A stretch of 20,000 nt of DNA, taken from IMG/VR virus record IMGVR_UViG_3300022555_000042, one strand, 5' to 3'. The translations under genes and the position numbers were made by a program. The DNA comes from an uncultured virus (IMG/VR IMGVR_UViG_3300022555_000042). Its lineage: Duplodnaviria; Heunggongvirae; Uroviricota; Caudoviricetes. This document shows, in pieces, positions 7,092 through 14,983 of the stretch. The notes below the pieces were generated by a model. It did not search any database and was not told the origin of the DNA. It saw only the letters and a list, made by a program, of their open reading frames with translations. The first letter of the stretch is position 1, and every line of letters starts with the position of its first letter.

Positions 7092-8003
7092 ATGCCTAAA
7101 ATCATAAAGAGTATAGCTTGGGTGGCCTCCGAAGTTACTCGGAGGCCACTCAACGCCATAGCGGAGGAAATAGGTGTTTCAGATGTTGGTTTAGGTCAGT
7201 TCTGTAAACGCCACAATATCCCAGTTTTCAATCCAAGTTACTTCCGCAGACTTGACTCCAAATCTGATGCTGGTGACTGTCCGCAATGCGGCACTAAGCG
7301 CAAAGTCCGTAAGTATATTAATAACTTGTGTGAAAGAGGATTTACCTATTGCAGAATATGTCCAAATTGTCACGCCAATCAGCAGCGTGAGGGGGTTCGC
7401 GGTCGTCGTAAAATAGAGGGCCAGTGCGTGGGGTGCGGTGGTGAGCCACAACCGGGACTATATTATTGTTCAAAATGCCACAATGTCTCAGTTAGCAATA
7501 AAAGGCTGAGAGCCAGATTGAGGAAAGATAAATTAGTTAAGATAATGGGTGGAAAGTGCAGCGAATGCGGTGGGCAGTTCCACAACGCCGCGTATGATTT
7601 TCATCACTTGTCTGATAAATTTAAAAGTATGAGTCACATGTTGGCTGGCAACTCTTGGGAAGCCACGCTGCTTGAGTCCAAGAAATGCCGCCTACTGTGT
7701 GCTGTTTGTCATAGGCTAGGGCATAAGTACCGGCTAATTGGTGATGTTCCATCTGAGTCTGGATTGTATAAGCGAGCATTTGTTCAGAACCGCAAGAAGC
7801 AGCCATGCCAGGACTGTGGCCTCCAATTTCACCCCACAGCGATGGAATTTGACCACCGTGACAGTCTGACCAAGTCATTTAATATATCTAATGTGGCGTG
7901 CCGTAGGTATACCATTGGCGAGTTGACTGCCGAAATAATAAAATGCGACTTAGTGTGTGCCAACTGTCACCGTGTTAGAACTTTCAGCCGGTTTGGCCGC
8001 TAG
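7092..8003 (+). CDS. endonuclease with N-terminal HTH, Zn fingers and two tandem HNH domains
   Basis: GGKCSECG..YDFHH..KCRLLCAVCHRLGH and PCQDCG..MEFDH..KCDLVCANCHRVRT. Confidence 0.88.
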   Translation: MPKIIKSIAWVASEVTRRPLNAIAEEIGVSDVGLGQFCKRHNIPVFNPSYFRRLDSKSDAGDCPQCGTKRKVRKYINNLCERGFTYCRICPNCHANQQREGVRGRRKIEGQCVGCGGEPQPGLYYCSKCHNVSVSNKRLRARLRKDKLVKIMGGKCSECGGQFHNAAYDFHHLSDKFKSMSHMLAGNSWEATLLESKKCRLLCAVCHRLGHKYRLIGDVPSESGLYKRAFVQNRKKQPCQDCGLQFHPTAMEFDHRDSLTKSFNISNVACRRYTIGELTAEIIKCDLVCANCHRVRTFSRFGR

Positions 8004-8079
8004 TTTCACCGTGGGCATTGCTGTATCCAGAGTGGGTCACACGCCGCAAATATACTTATATTGAAATTCATGGGTTGAT

Positions 8080-11000
8080 ATGTCAAATATCCACATAGTT
8101 GGCTTTAAAGAAGTAACCCTAGTGGGCGGGGTGGTCAAAGACCTCACTTCTTTAACTTTTGGGGAAAGGCTCATAGCCACGCGGGAAACGCGCGTGGACG
8201 CAGTCGGATACCCCACCCTAACAAGATATCTCCAGGACGAAGCGGCCAGTGATTTTGTGTTGGCCAAATTCAACACTTCTGCCATAATTACTAAGTTGGC
8301 AGTATCACCCCTGCCTCCTGTCGTTCCCGCCAAGGCCACCACGCCCACCTTTATCTATGACGCCACCACAGTAACGGCCCACGCCACGGCGACGGGCTCT
8401 ACTTCCATGCTGTACAGCTATGATGCTGGCGTAACGTGGGGTGTGGCAACAGCAACCAAGGCGTACGGCACCACCGGCAGTTGCTTGGCTAAGGGGCACA
8501 ATACTGCTGGAGATGGACCGGTCAGTGAAGCGGGGACATGGCTGCAAGTTCCCGCCAAGGCCACTACGCCCACTGTCGTAGCCCTCTTAGATGGCGATAA
8601 GTACGTCTACACTCTGGATGCGACCAGTGTAGGGTCCACCAGTGTGGTCTACGACATCAACGATAGTGGCACGTACACCGCCGCGAAGAAGTTTGCAGGC
8701 GGGGCGGTGAGTGATGGCACAGGATTACATACGCTGTATCCAAACTTGGAGGGATACTACACCATCACTGGCATCTATGGTGGCAAGAAGGTGCTGACAG
8801 GTACACACGGAGTGTTGTGGTGGAATGTTTCCAGTTGGTGGGTTTCGGACGCGGCGGGTAGTGATGTGTGGGCAGCAAATCAAGAGAGCGATTACGGGGC
8901 TGCCGGTCACGGACGCGCATGTTATCCAGCTTCGGAAGTGGAAGGCATTCCGCAAGGGTACATGGATGTGAGTCCCGGTGGTCCCGCTGACTGCATCACC
9001 CTCCTGCTGAACGGTGAGCATACTGCTGCGACTGCGTTTGTGGCGAAGGCTCGCGGTGTCAATGCTGCTGGCAATGGGCCAATAAGCGATCCTCTGACGC
9101 TGTCATGGCTTAGCGATCCTCTAGCTCCCAGTAAGCCGAGTGCCCCGGTGATTGATCCCCTTACCGATTGGTCTAGCGCTAACTGGAATGGTTCAGCGTG
9201 GACCTATGTGATGATGGTGGGGACAATCGACTACGCCGACAGCATGGGAGGGGAGTCGTGGGGATGTCCTCTGGCAAGTGTTGGTAGCTACTTCATAGAC
9301 AGTGGATCTCCCATCGCTCCTAGTGCTGATTTGAGCGGCATCGTTTGCTACGGCGTCAGCGCCATTTACGGGCGTGGCCAACCGTCCGATCCGTCGGACG
9401 CCTCCCAGATCGCAATGGGCAGCCCCCTACCTAATGCTGGTGCCCCCGCTCAGATTCCAAACTTAGATTCTATTAATTGGAACCAAGACTTTACCTGTTG
9501 GGAGATAAATATCTCCTGGTCAGACTATTTTGACGACACCGAAATCTATCGCGAAACACTTTTAGACAGCACAGTTTTCAATACATTTAATTCTTATGTT
9601 TCTGGATATGCCCCCAATGCTCCATATTCAATTTATATAACACACTCTAATGCCTATGGCCCAACTACCTCAGCAGGTACAATTGATGGCACTCTTCCAG
9701 ATACCCCGGCCGGTCCGTATCTCTGGACAAACGCCCTGGCCGATAACGATGGTCTGAATCCGGGCAACTACACGGTCGGAGGCGTGCCGGCGAGCACGAT
9801 CTTTGGGCCTGGCGACACCGTGCAATGGGATTACACGGTGGCTGGCGGAGTTGCTACGAACGCTCCGGTATTCTCGGCCTCCGCAGCATGCGGCAACGCC
9901 GTGATCAACTACACGCTGCTCGACGACTCGGTTCCATCCGGGAGTGCAGCTAGCTTCGCGGCCCTGAGCGCAGGGAACTGCACCGTCAACGCCATGGTCG
10001 CCGGGGCGGTCACAGCGGCTCAATGGTTCACGACGATTCCACCGGCGACGATCACGGGCTCGATCCATGTGACGGCCTCGTCCACGGCCTCGGCGTTTGG
10101 AACCAGTGCGATAGACGTGGTGGGCTGCCAGCTGGCCAGCGGTTTCACCGTCGCCGGCGACGCGTACATCTCCGGCGGAGTGCTGGACACCGCGACCGGC
10201 GGGCTGATCTTCCCCGTGCTGGCGTATGGTGCCGTGGCGGGCGACGTGTACGTAACGGGCGACGTGTTCTACCTGTACAGCACCGCGGTAGGCGGGGTAT
10301 TCCACATCACCGGCAACCTGTCGCGGGTGGATGTGACGAACTGCGGGCTCTCTGTGGCCCAGGTAGACTCGCTATTGGCGGCCGCGGATGCGGGCGGAGT
10401 GTACGGGGGCGCGATCGCATTCACCGGCAACAACGGCTACTCCGACGAGACTTCCTACACTACGCTGGTTGCGCGCGGCTGGACCATCGACGTACCGGAT
10501 AACGCTCCGAACAATCTCCCCGGTCCGGCCACGCTCACCCTGGTCTCGGCGACCTGGAACGGAACGGTCTGGCTGTATCAGCTATCCGCCGTGGCCGACC
10601 CCGGAGCGGGCACGATCACCTCCTACACATGGTATGAGGGCACGATCAGTGGGGATGTCGCCGCGCTCATCGCGGTCGGACCCGGCTATGCTTTCAGTTT
10701 CACCGCCACGGCCACCAGCGAATACGGTGAAGGGCCTGTGGGGGAACCGTTGGTGGGGACGGCGGACCCCGCTCCAACTTTCAGAGGAACGAGCTACATC
10801 ACACACCCGGCACTAACTTTAGGATATGGACTGACTGTCAGTGCCCGAATTTCGTCTGTCTATGATGGGGGAGTCCAGATGATGGCCGAAGCCGACTATT
10901 CTGGGACGCCAACTGGACAGCCCCAGGTGTTTTTGCAATATGACGGTAGATGGCATATTGGGTGTATTGGTTTTGCTGACTTAGACACTCTTGCTTCAAT

Positions 11001-11346
11001 AGATCCTGGAGTGGAGCATTGTTATACGGCTCGTTTTTCTGATGATGGGCTGGGGACTGTCTCTCTAGATTTCTTTGTGGATGGAGTACTGCAGTCAGGC
11101 ACTACTGCATCTGGCTCGATCGCTGGTAATGTACTTTCAACCTTCGCAGCGCGGGGGGCGGGGAGTATTGGCCTAGTTGGCGAGGCCAATAACTACGCAA
11201 TCTGGAGTCGAGCCCTGCTTGACGTAGAGATTGCGGCGGTTGCTGGCGGAGGCTACATTATTCCTGATATCTTCTTACATTGGCCGGATTGCAGTACTGC
11301 GGTTGATACTTCAGGTAATACCAACGATGGGACGCCACACTTGTAA
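8080..11346 (+). CDS. large virion-type adhesin/decoration protein with FN3-like repeats and C-terminal LamG/ConA-like domain
   Basis: 1088 aa, rich in T/S/G/A; modules begin PAKATTPT or PSKPSAP and end AxGxNxAGxGPxS; C-terminus FFVDGV...AIWSRAL..EI...DTSGNTNDGT. Confidence 0.75.
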   Translation: MSNIHIVGFKEVTLVGGVVKDLTSLTFGERLIATRETRVDAVGYPTLTRYLQDEAASDFVLAKFNTSAIITKLAVSPLPPVVPAKATTPTFIYDATTVTAHATATGSTSMLYSYDAGVTWGVATATKAYGTTGSCLAKGHNTAGDGPVSEAGTWLQVPAKATTPTVVALLDGDKYVYTLDATSVGSTSVVYDINDSGTYTAAKKFAGGAVSDGTGLHTLYPNLEGYYTITGIYGGKKVLTGTHGVLWWNVSSWWVSDAAGSDVWAANQESDYGAAGHGRACYPASEVEGIPQGYMDVSPGGPADCITLLLNGEHTAATAFVAKARGVNAAGNGPISDPLTLSWLSDPLAPSKPSAPVIDPLTDWSSANWNGSAWTYVMMVGTIDYADSMGGESWGCPLASVGSYFIDSGSPIAPSADLSGIVCYGVSAIYGRGQPSDPSDASQIAMGSPLPNAGAPAQIPNLDSINWNQDFTCWEINISWSDYFDDTEIYRETLLDSTVFNTFNSYVSGYAPNAPYSIYITHSNAYGPTTSAGTIDGTLPDTPAGPYLWTNALADNDGLNPGNYTVGGVPASTIFGPGDTVQWDYTVAGGVATNAPVFSASAACGNAVINYTLLDDSVPSGSAASFAALSAGNCTVNAMVAGAVTAAQWFTTIPPATITGSIHVTASSTASAFGTSAIDVVGCQLASGFTVAGDAYISGGVLDTATGGLIFPVLAYGAVAGDVYVTGDVFYLYSTAVGGVFHITGNLSRVDVTNCGLSVAQVDSLLAAADAGGVYGGAIAFTGNNGYSDETSYTTLVARGWTIDVPDNAPNNLPGPATLTLVSATWNGTVWLYQLSAVADPGAGTITSYTWYEGTISGDVAALIAVGPGYAFSFTATATSEYGEGPVGEPLVGTADPAPTFRGTSYITHPALTLGYGLTVSARISSVYDGGVQMMAEADYSGTPTGQPQVFLQYDGRWHIGCIGFADLDTLASIDPGVEHCYTARFSDDGLGTVSLDFFVDGVLQSGTTASGSIAGNVLSTFAARGAGSIGLVGEANNYAIWSRALLDVEIAAVAGGGYIIPDIFLHWPDCSTAVDTSGNTNDGTPHL

Positions 11347-11371
11347 GGAATGGTGACGGGAAATATAAAGC

Positions 11372-11863
11372 ATGGCTATACCAGAAAAAGCAACGACCCC
11401 AGCCCTAGCTGCCTCGGTGTGGTGCGAGTCTGGTACACCCATCACTCCCAGTTTACCAGATAAGAATGCTCAATGGATGCTCACCTTCTCGTCGGTGGCG
11501 GATGACGCTAAAGTGTGTAATCGGTGGGGCCACAATCGTTCTGCGGTATTAAGTAACGCTTTAGCTGCGACTCCTAATCCAAATGATTCTAGAGCATACC
11601 TAATTAACCTACTAAAGGGGGATTATCCAGCAGCAGCATTGATTGCTTTTAACCAAGCCAAAGCTGCACCTAATGATGTAGTCTATAAGCAGTGGATTAT
11701 GTATTTGAGCGGTGTAGTCAGGGCTAGTGACCAATGTTATAATGGTAGAGCAGTTGATGTAATTAAATGGGCTAATGGTGATGCGGTCACCAACCCCATT
11801 CCTGACCTTCTACCTGCTTTACAGTTAAAAGCCAAACCGACTAAACCTATTAAGACAAAGTAA
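11372..11863 (+). CDS. hypothetical protein
   Basis: 163 aa; begins IPEKATTP like the modules of the upstream gene. Confidence 0.65.
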   Translation: MAIPEKATTPALAASVWCESGTPITPSLPDKNAQWMLTFSSVADDAKVCNRWGHNRSAVLSNALAATPNPNDSRAYLINLLKGDYPAAALIAFNQAKAAPNDVVYKQWIMYLSGVVRASDQCYNGRAVDVIKWANGDAVTNPIPDLLPALQLKAKPTKPIKTK

Positions 11864-11891
11864 TCAAAAATACTCTTTTAGGAGCTATTCA

Positions 11892-12320
11892 ATGGCGACC
11901 AGACCAGTAACCACTCTTTGCGGCGTAGACATGACAGGCAAGACTGTGCTCCAGGTTGTACAGTTTGCCGACATCAATCTAGAAACTCTTTCAGTTGGGG
12001 CAACACAGCAGCTGATGGCTATTTATACTAGACTGCGTGAAGTAGTCTTTGGCCCAACACTTCTGACTACTGGCAATGCCCCCACTCTGGCTCAACTTCG
12101 CGATGGTGTTGATAACGGCTCTGGTGTACTCCAGGGCGGCATTGAAGATGCTAAGAAGCTAGCCTATGATGGCTTAAAGGCGTATCTTACTGGCACTAAA
12201 CAGCTGTTGCTATCGGTTGTTCCTGCCAAGGTGGCAGTAGCTAAGCCGGATGGCTCCGCAGCCCAGGTTGACAATCCGGCCTACCTGGCCTTGTTTAACG
12301 ATCCAGTACCGCTGGCCTAA
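11892..12320 (+). CDS. hypothetical protein
   Basis: 142 aa with AGGAG RBS. Confidence 0.75.
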   Translation: MATRPVTTLCGVDMTGKTVLQVVQFADINLETLSVGATQQLMAIYTRLREVVFGPTLLTTGNAPTLAQLRDGVDNGSGVLQGGIEDAKKLAYDGLKAYLTGTKQLLLSVVPAKVAVAKPDGSAAQVDNPAYLALFNDPVPLA

Positions 12321-12361
12321 GTCCCGCATGGCACCAGGCAAACCTTTAATAGAGGTGCCAT

Positions 12362-12661
12362 ATGTACCCAGATCCTAAATTAATATCCGAAACCATGGCG
12401 TTACTAGGCGTCGCCGACGAAGCCAAGTCTAGCGATGCCATTCTCCTACGCCAAGCTATTATCGCCGAGCTGGATGCCGCTAGCCTCTATGAACAAATGG
12501 CGGCCAGCACCAAGAACGAGAAGATCAAAAAGGTCTTCTTGGACGTGGCCAAGGAAGAGAAAGTACATGTGGGGGAATTCGAGGCGCTCTTGGGGGAGGC
12601 AGACAAAGAGCACGACAAAGCCATGGAGGATGGCACCTCGGAAGTCGCAAAAGTGAAGTGA
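12362..12661 (+). CDS. ferritin-like / rubrerythrin-family protein (two-helix half-ferritin type)
   Basis: LRQAIIAELDAASLYEQMA...VFLDVAKEEKVHVGEFEALL: ExxA..Y and EExxH diiron motifs; GAGG RBS. Confidence 0.88.
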   Translation: MYPDPKLISETMALLGVADEAKSSDAILLRQAIIAELDAASLYEQMAASTKNEKIKKVFLDVAKEEKVHVGEFEALLGEADKEHDKAMEDGTSEVAKVK

Positions 12662-12683
12662 ATACCGGTCAGATTAAGTATAT

Positions 12684-12755
12684 TCAGGGTGGGGAATTTT
12701 GAGATCCCGGCCTCTCGGTTCCGGACCGAGCGCTCTGCCTCTGAGCTACACCCTG
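12684..12755 (-). tRNA. tRNA-Pro(CGG) with aberrant T arm
   Basis: Reverse complement CAGGGTG-TA-GCTC-AGAGGCA-GAGC-G-CTCGG-TCCGGAA-CCGAG-AGGCC-GGGAT-CTCAAAA-TTCCC-CACCCTG-A. Confidence 0.85.
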
Positions 12756-13085
12756 GGTTATATGGTGAAATAGTCCCTTCTTCATTGGGATTCCAAGTAC
12801 TATGCACCGCTTTGAACTGCTACCACAATCGTGCCGGTAAATCTGGGCGGTGGGGTTCGCACCCACACGAATCTCCGGGTCCCAAACCCGGCGACCTGCT
12901 AAATGGTCCTCGCCCAGGTGGTCCCCGGCGGTGCACGAGTTGGCACTCGTGGCCTCACCTGCCGGGGTATTTTTGTGTTTCTCCACGTACCCGCTGTGTT
13001 CCTGACAGCGGGCTCCCTCTGTGGCTGACCAAGTGGCTACTCCCTTCTTTCCGCACACTTCGCATTTCAGATCGTCCAGCTTCAC
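12684..13085 (-). CDS. small Zn-finger-like protein whose frame runs through both tRNA-Pro genes
   Basis: GTG start overlaps the upstream stop; N-terminal CEVC...C..H; C-terminal part of doubtful function. Confidence 0.45.
   Translation of the reverse strand: MKLDDLKCEVCGKKGVATWSATEGARCQEHSGYVEKHKNTPAGEATSANSCTAGDHLGEDHLAGRRVWDPEIRVGANPTAQIYRHDCGSSSKRCIVLGIPMKKGLFHHITQGVAQRQSARSGTERPGSQNSPP
12842..12917 (-). tRNA. tRNA-Pro(TGG), non-canonical A8 and A18/G55
   Basis: Reverse complement CTGGGCG-AG-GACC-ATTTAGCA-GGTC-G-CCGGG-TTTGGGA-CCCGG-AGATTCGT-GTGGG-TGCGAAC-CCCAC-CGCCCAG-A. Confidence 0.85.
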
Positions 13086-13525
13086 TGCTTCTCCAAAAAC
13101 TTCCCAATGAATTCTTTAATCTGCTGAACAACCCGGTGGCTGAACTGCATGGGATCAGTAGGACTATGTAAAGTCCAGCCTTCGCCCTCACCACCGACAC
13201 CACCGATCATGGAGGTCTCGGCGTTCATTGAGTAGCGCTCTCCATCCTTAGTGAGGCATCCAAAAGTGCCTCCATCTTTGAACTGCACCTCCAGGTATAA
13301 CCAGATCTGGTTTCCGGGGCGATCGCTGGTCTCGTCGGTGAGGAGGACGGCTTTCTGATTGTGGCGTTGGCGTGGGTCGTTGGGGTCGATGGGGGTTAGG
13401 ACCTTGACGATGGAGGCATTAGTTACCTCACCATCTATGATTCCTTCGCGTACGATGCTGACCATCTCGGTGAACATCTGGACGGGGTTGCCGCTTCTAA
13501 TCCATGCCATCTGTCTTCGTTCCAT
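13082..13525 (-). CDS. hypothetical protein
   Basis: 147-aa ORF in the minus-strand gene run. Confidence 0.75.
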   Translation of the reverse strand: MERRQMAWIRSGNPVQMFTEMVSIVREGIIDGEVTNASIVKVLTPIDPNDPRQRHNQKAVLLTDETSDRPGNQIWLYLEVQFKDGGTFGCLTKDGERYSMNAETSMIGGVGGEGEGWTLHSPTDPMQFSHRVVQQIKEFIGKFLEKQ

Positions 13526-13531
13526 AATGAT

Positions 13532-14506
13532 CTAGGCCTTAGTCTTCAGGTGTTTCTTGACGGCCTTGTCTGTCACCCCCAATAAGATACCAATTGCTCT
13601 CATTGAGCTCTGCGCAACCAGCTCGGCCAAATTGCTTGGCCATTTCGTTTTCCGCTTATAGAATGCAGAGCATACTACGCTGCAGTACTTTTTCCTTGCT
13701 GCTTCCCTCTGGTTCTGAAACTCGAATTGCTTTCCGCATTTACACATGCCGTGCCCAAAATTGGTTCTTGTCTTTGTTTTTGGTTGCCTGAACCACAATT
13801 TTTTCAGCCTATCTTGCCATTGGGCGGCCCCGGATTCGAACCGGGGATCTACTGGATGTAGGCCAGTCGGGTTAGCCGCTTCCCTAGCCGCCCGGATTAT
13901 GTGTTTCACTTTGTCTTGGTCCCATGCGATTTCACTCTCCCATATGTCAATTATTATCCACCCATGCTTCTCGAAGTAAATTTTAGCATTTCGATCTTGA
14001 ATCCTATTGTGTTTTTGTGGTTTCGTTAGGTCATCTTGATTTGGATAAAGCAGTGGGTTGGCGTGCCAGTAGTCACCATTTATCCTAAATATGGTTTTAT
14101 GCGTGAGGTCAACGAAGTCGCATAAATACCTTTGGATTGGGTATTGGTAAAATATATCCGCATTGACATCATCGCTTTGTTTGATTATCTCATGCATGCC
14201 GGGCGGAAACTTGACGCCGACGCCGCATTCATTCAGTAATATTCTGAACATTCGCTCTGGTTTTGTCCAAAATTTCCTGCTTGATATCGCCGATTTAATT
14301 GCGTTCGCGCTGCATTGCTCCGATGTCATATTTGCGACTTTGCATATGCCCTTGGAGACCGTCAATCTCCCAGCATCTGATTGTGATCGATGGCCTTTTA
14401 CCAATTTAGATATTCTGGCATTACTAGCGCCGGTCTTTAATGACACTTCTTTATAAGTCAGGCCGCCGTCATACAACTCAATTATTTTATCATCCATCTC
14501 GCTCAT
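13532..14506 (-). CDS. Vsr/DUF559-like endonuclease with N-terminal HTH and C-terminal Zn-finger/HTH, containing an in-frame tRNA-Val
   Basis: WTKPE...QYPIQRYLCDF...INGDYWHANP...QD....FEKHGWIIIDIWESEI; C-terminal KYCSVVC..KWPSNLAELV..LGVTDKAVKK homologous to 3369..4106; GGAG RBS. Confidence 0.88.
   Translation of the reverse strand: MSEMDDKIIELYDGGLTYKEVSLKTGASNARISKLVKGHRSQSDAGRLTVSKGICKVANMTSEQCSANAIKSAISSRKFWTKPERMFRILLNECGVGVKFPPGMHEIIKQSDDVNADIFYQYPIQRYLCDFVDLTHKTIFRINGDYWHANPLLYPNQDDLTKPQKHNRIQDRNAKIYFEKHGWIIIDIWESEIAWDQDKVKHIIRAAREAANPTGLHPVDPRFESGAAQWQDRLKKLWFRQPKTKTRTNFGHGMCKCGKQFEFQNQREAARKKYCSVVCSAFYKRKTKWPSNLAELVAQSSMRAIGILLGVTDKAVKKHLKTKA
13821..13893 (-). tRNA. tRNA-Val(TAC), divergent (C33, 3-bp D stem), nested in CDS
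   Basis: Reverse complement GGGCGGC-TA-GGG-AAGCGGCTAA-CCC-G-ACTGG-CCTACAT-CCAGT-AGATC-CCCGG-TTCGAAT-CCGGG-GCCGCCC-A; acceptor, anticodon and T stems perfectly paired. Confidence 0.88.
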
Positions 14507-14507
14507 A

Positions 14508-14553
14508 GAACCATCTCCAAAGCCATTAGATTATGTTTGGTTGGAGATGGTTC
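14508..14553 (-). promoter_or_regulatory. RBS-sequestering hairpin with putative promoter in the loop
   Basis: Perfect 13-bp inverted repeat GAACCATCTCCAA/TTGGAGATGGTTC covering the GGAG of the endonuclease gene; loop holds CAAACATAAT. Confidence 0.75.
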
Positions 14554-14557
14554 GACT

Positions 14558-14568
14558 GCTAACCGCCC
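14558..14568 (-). pseudogene. probable 5' remnant of ancestral tRNA-Val
   Basis: Reverse complement GGGCGGTTAGC is a typical tRNA-Val 5' end and 8/9 identical to the nested tRNA start; only 11 nt. Confidence 0.55.
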
Positions 14569-14726
14569 TTGAACCAACGAGCCAATTTCTGCCGTAGTGT
14601 TTCGCGTCCCCGCTCGCATCCGCACCAATTCTTGGGTTTCAAATGGCCGGCAGAGACCACTTTCATGCATGGCTGACTAAGGCCGTGTTCATCAATTCTG
14701 TTTTTGCCGCAATAATCACAGATCAT
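14559..14726 (-). CDS. 55-aa Cys-rich protein (not in ORF track)
   Basis: MICDYCGKNRIDEHGLSQPCMKVVSAGHLKPKNWCGCERGRETLRQKLARWFKGG*; ATGA overlap with upstream gene. Confidence 0.65.
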   Translation of the reverse strand: MICDYCGKNRIDEHGLSQPCMKVVSAGHLKPKNWCGCERGRETLRQKLARWFKGG

Positions 14727-14968
14727 GTCCAGCTTCCTACGTGATTTAGCACCGAGAGCAATATGGTTACTAGTACCACTACAGCTGTTAGCAGTGCACC
14801 AATGACGATTATCCCGCAGCCGAGGATGGGAGAGACCATGTCGTATTGACCTTGTTGTTTCCCATGGCGTCTGGCCAGGTTGGTGGTGATTACTACTCCG
14901 AGCACTATTTCGAGGAGGTAAACGACCAGCATCGTTGGAATGTACATGCCCATGCGTCTCGCCTTCAT
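14723..14968 (-). CDS. small membrane protein (2 TM)
   Basis: Two hydrophobic segments; start uncertain (14968/14953/14947). Confidence 0.65.
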   Translation of the reverse strand: MKARRMGMYIPTMLVVYLLEIVLGVVITTNLARRHGKQQGQYDMVSPILGCGIIVIGALLTAVVVLVTILLSVLNHVGSWT

Positions 14969-14983
14969 GCTTTCAAATACTAA

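Noticed and set aside
8037..10816. Alternative-frame and antisense ORFs within the 1088-aa gene
   Set aside because: Shadow ORFs of GC-rich coding sequence with low-complexity, Arg-rich translations.
12756..12841. Degenerate tRNA-Pro or ribozyme between the two tRNA-Pro genes
   Set aside because: CGGCACG start and some pairing, but no cloverleaf and no hammerhead or other core motif.
14569..14722. Structured ncRNA (TCTGCCG/CGGCAGA pairing)
   Set aside because: Better explained by a coupled 55-aa Cys-rich ORF; the pairings are short.
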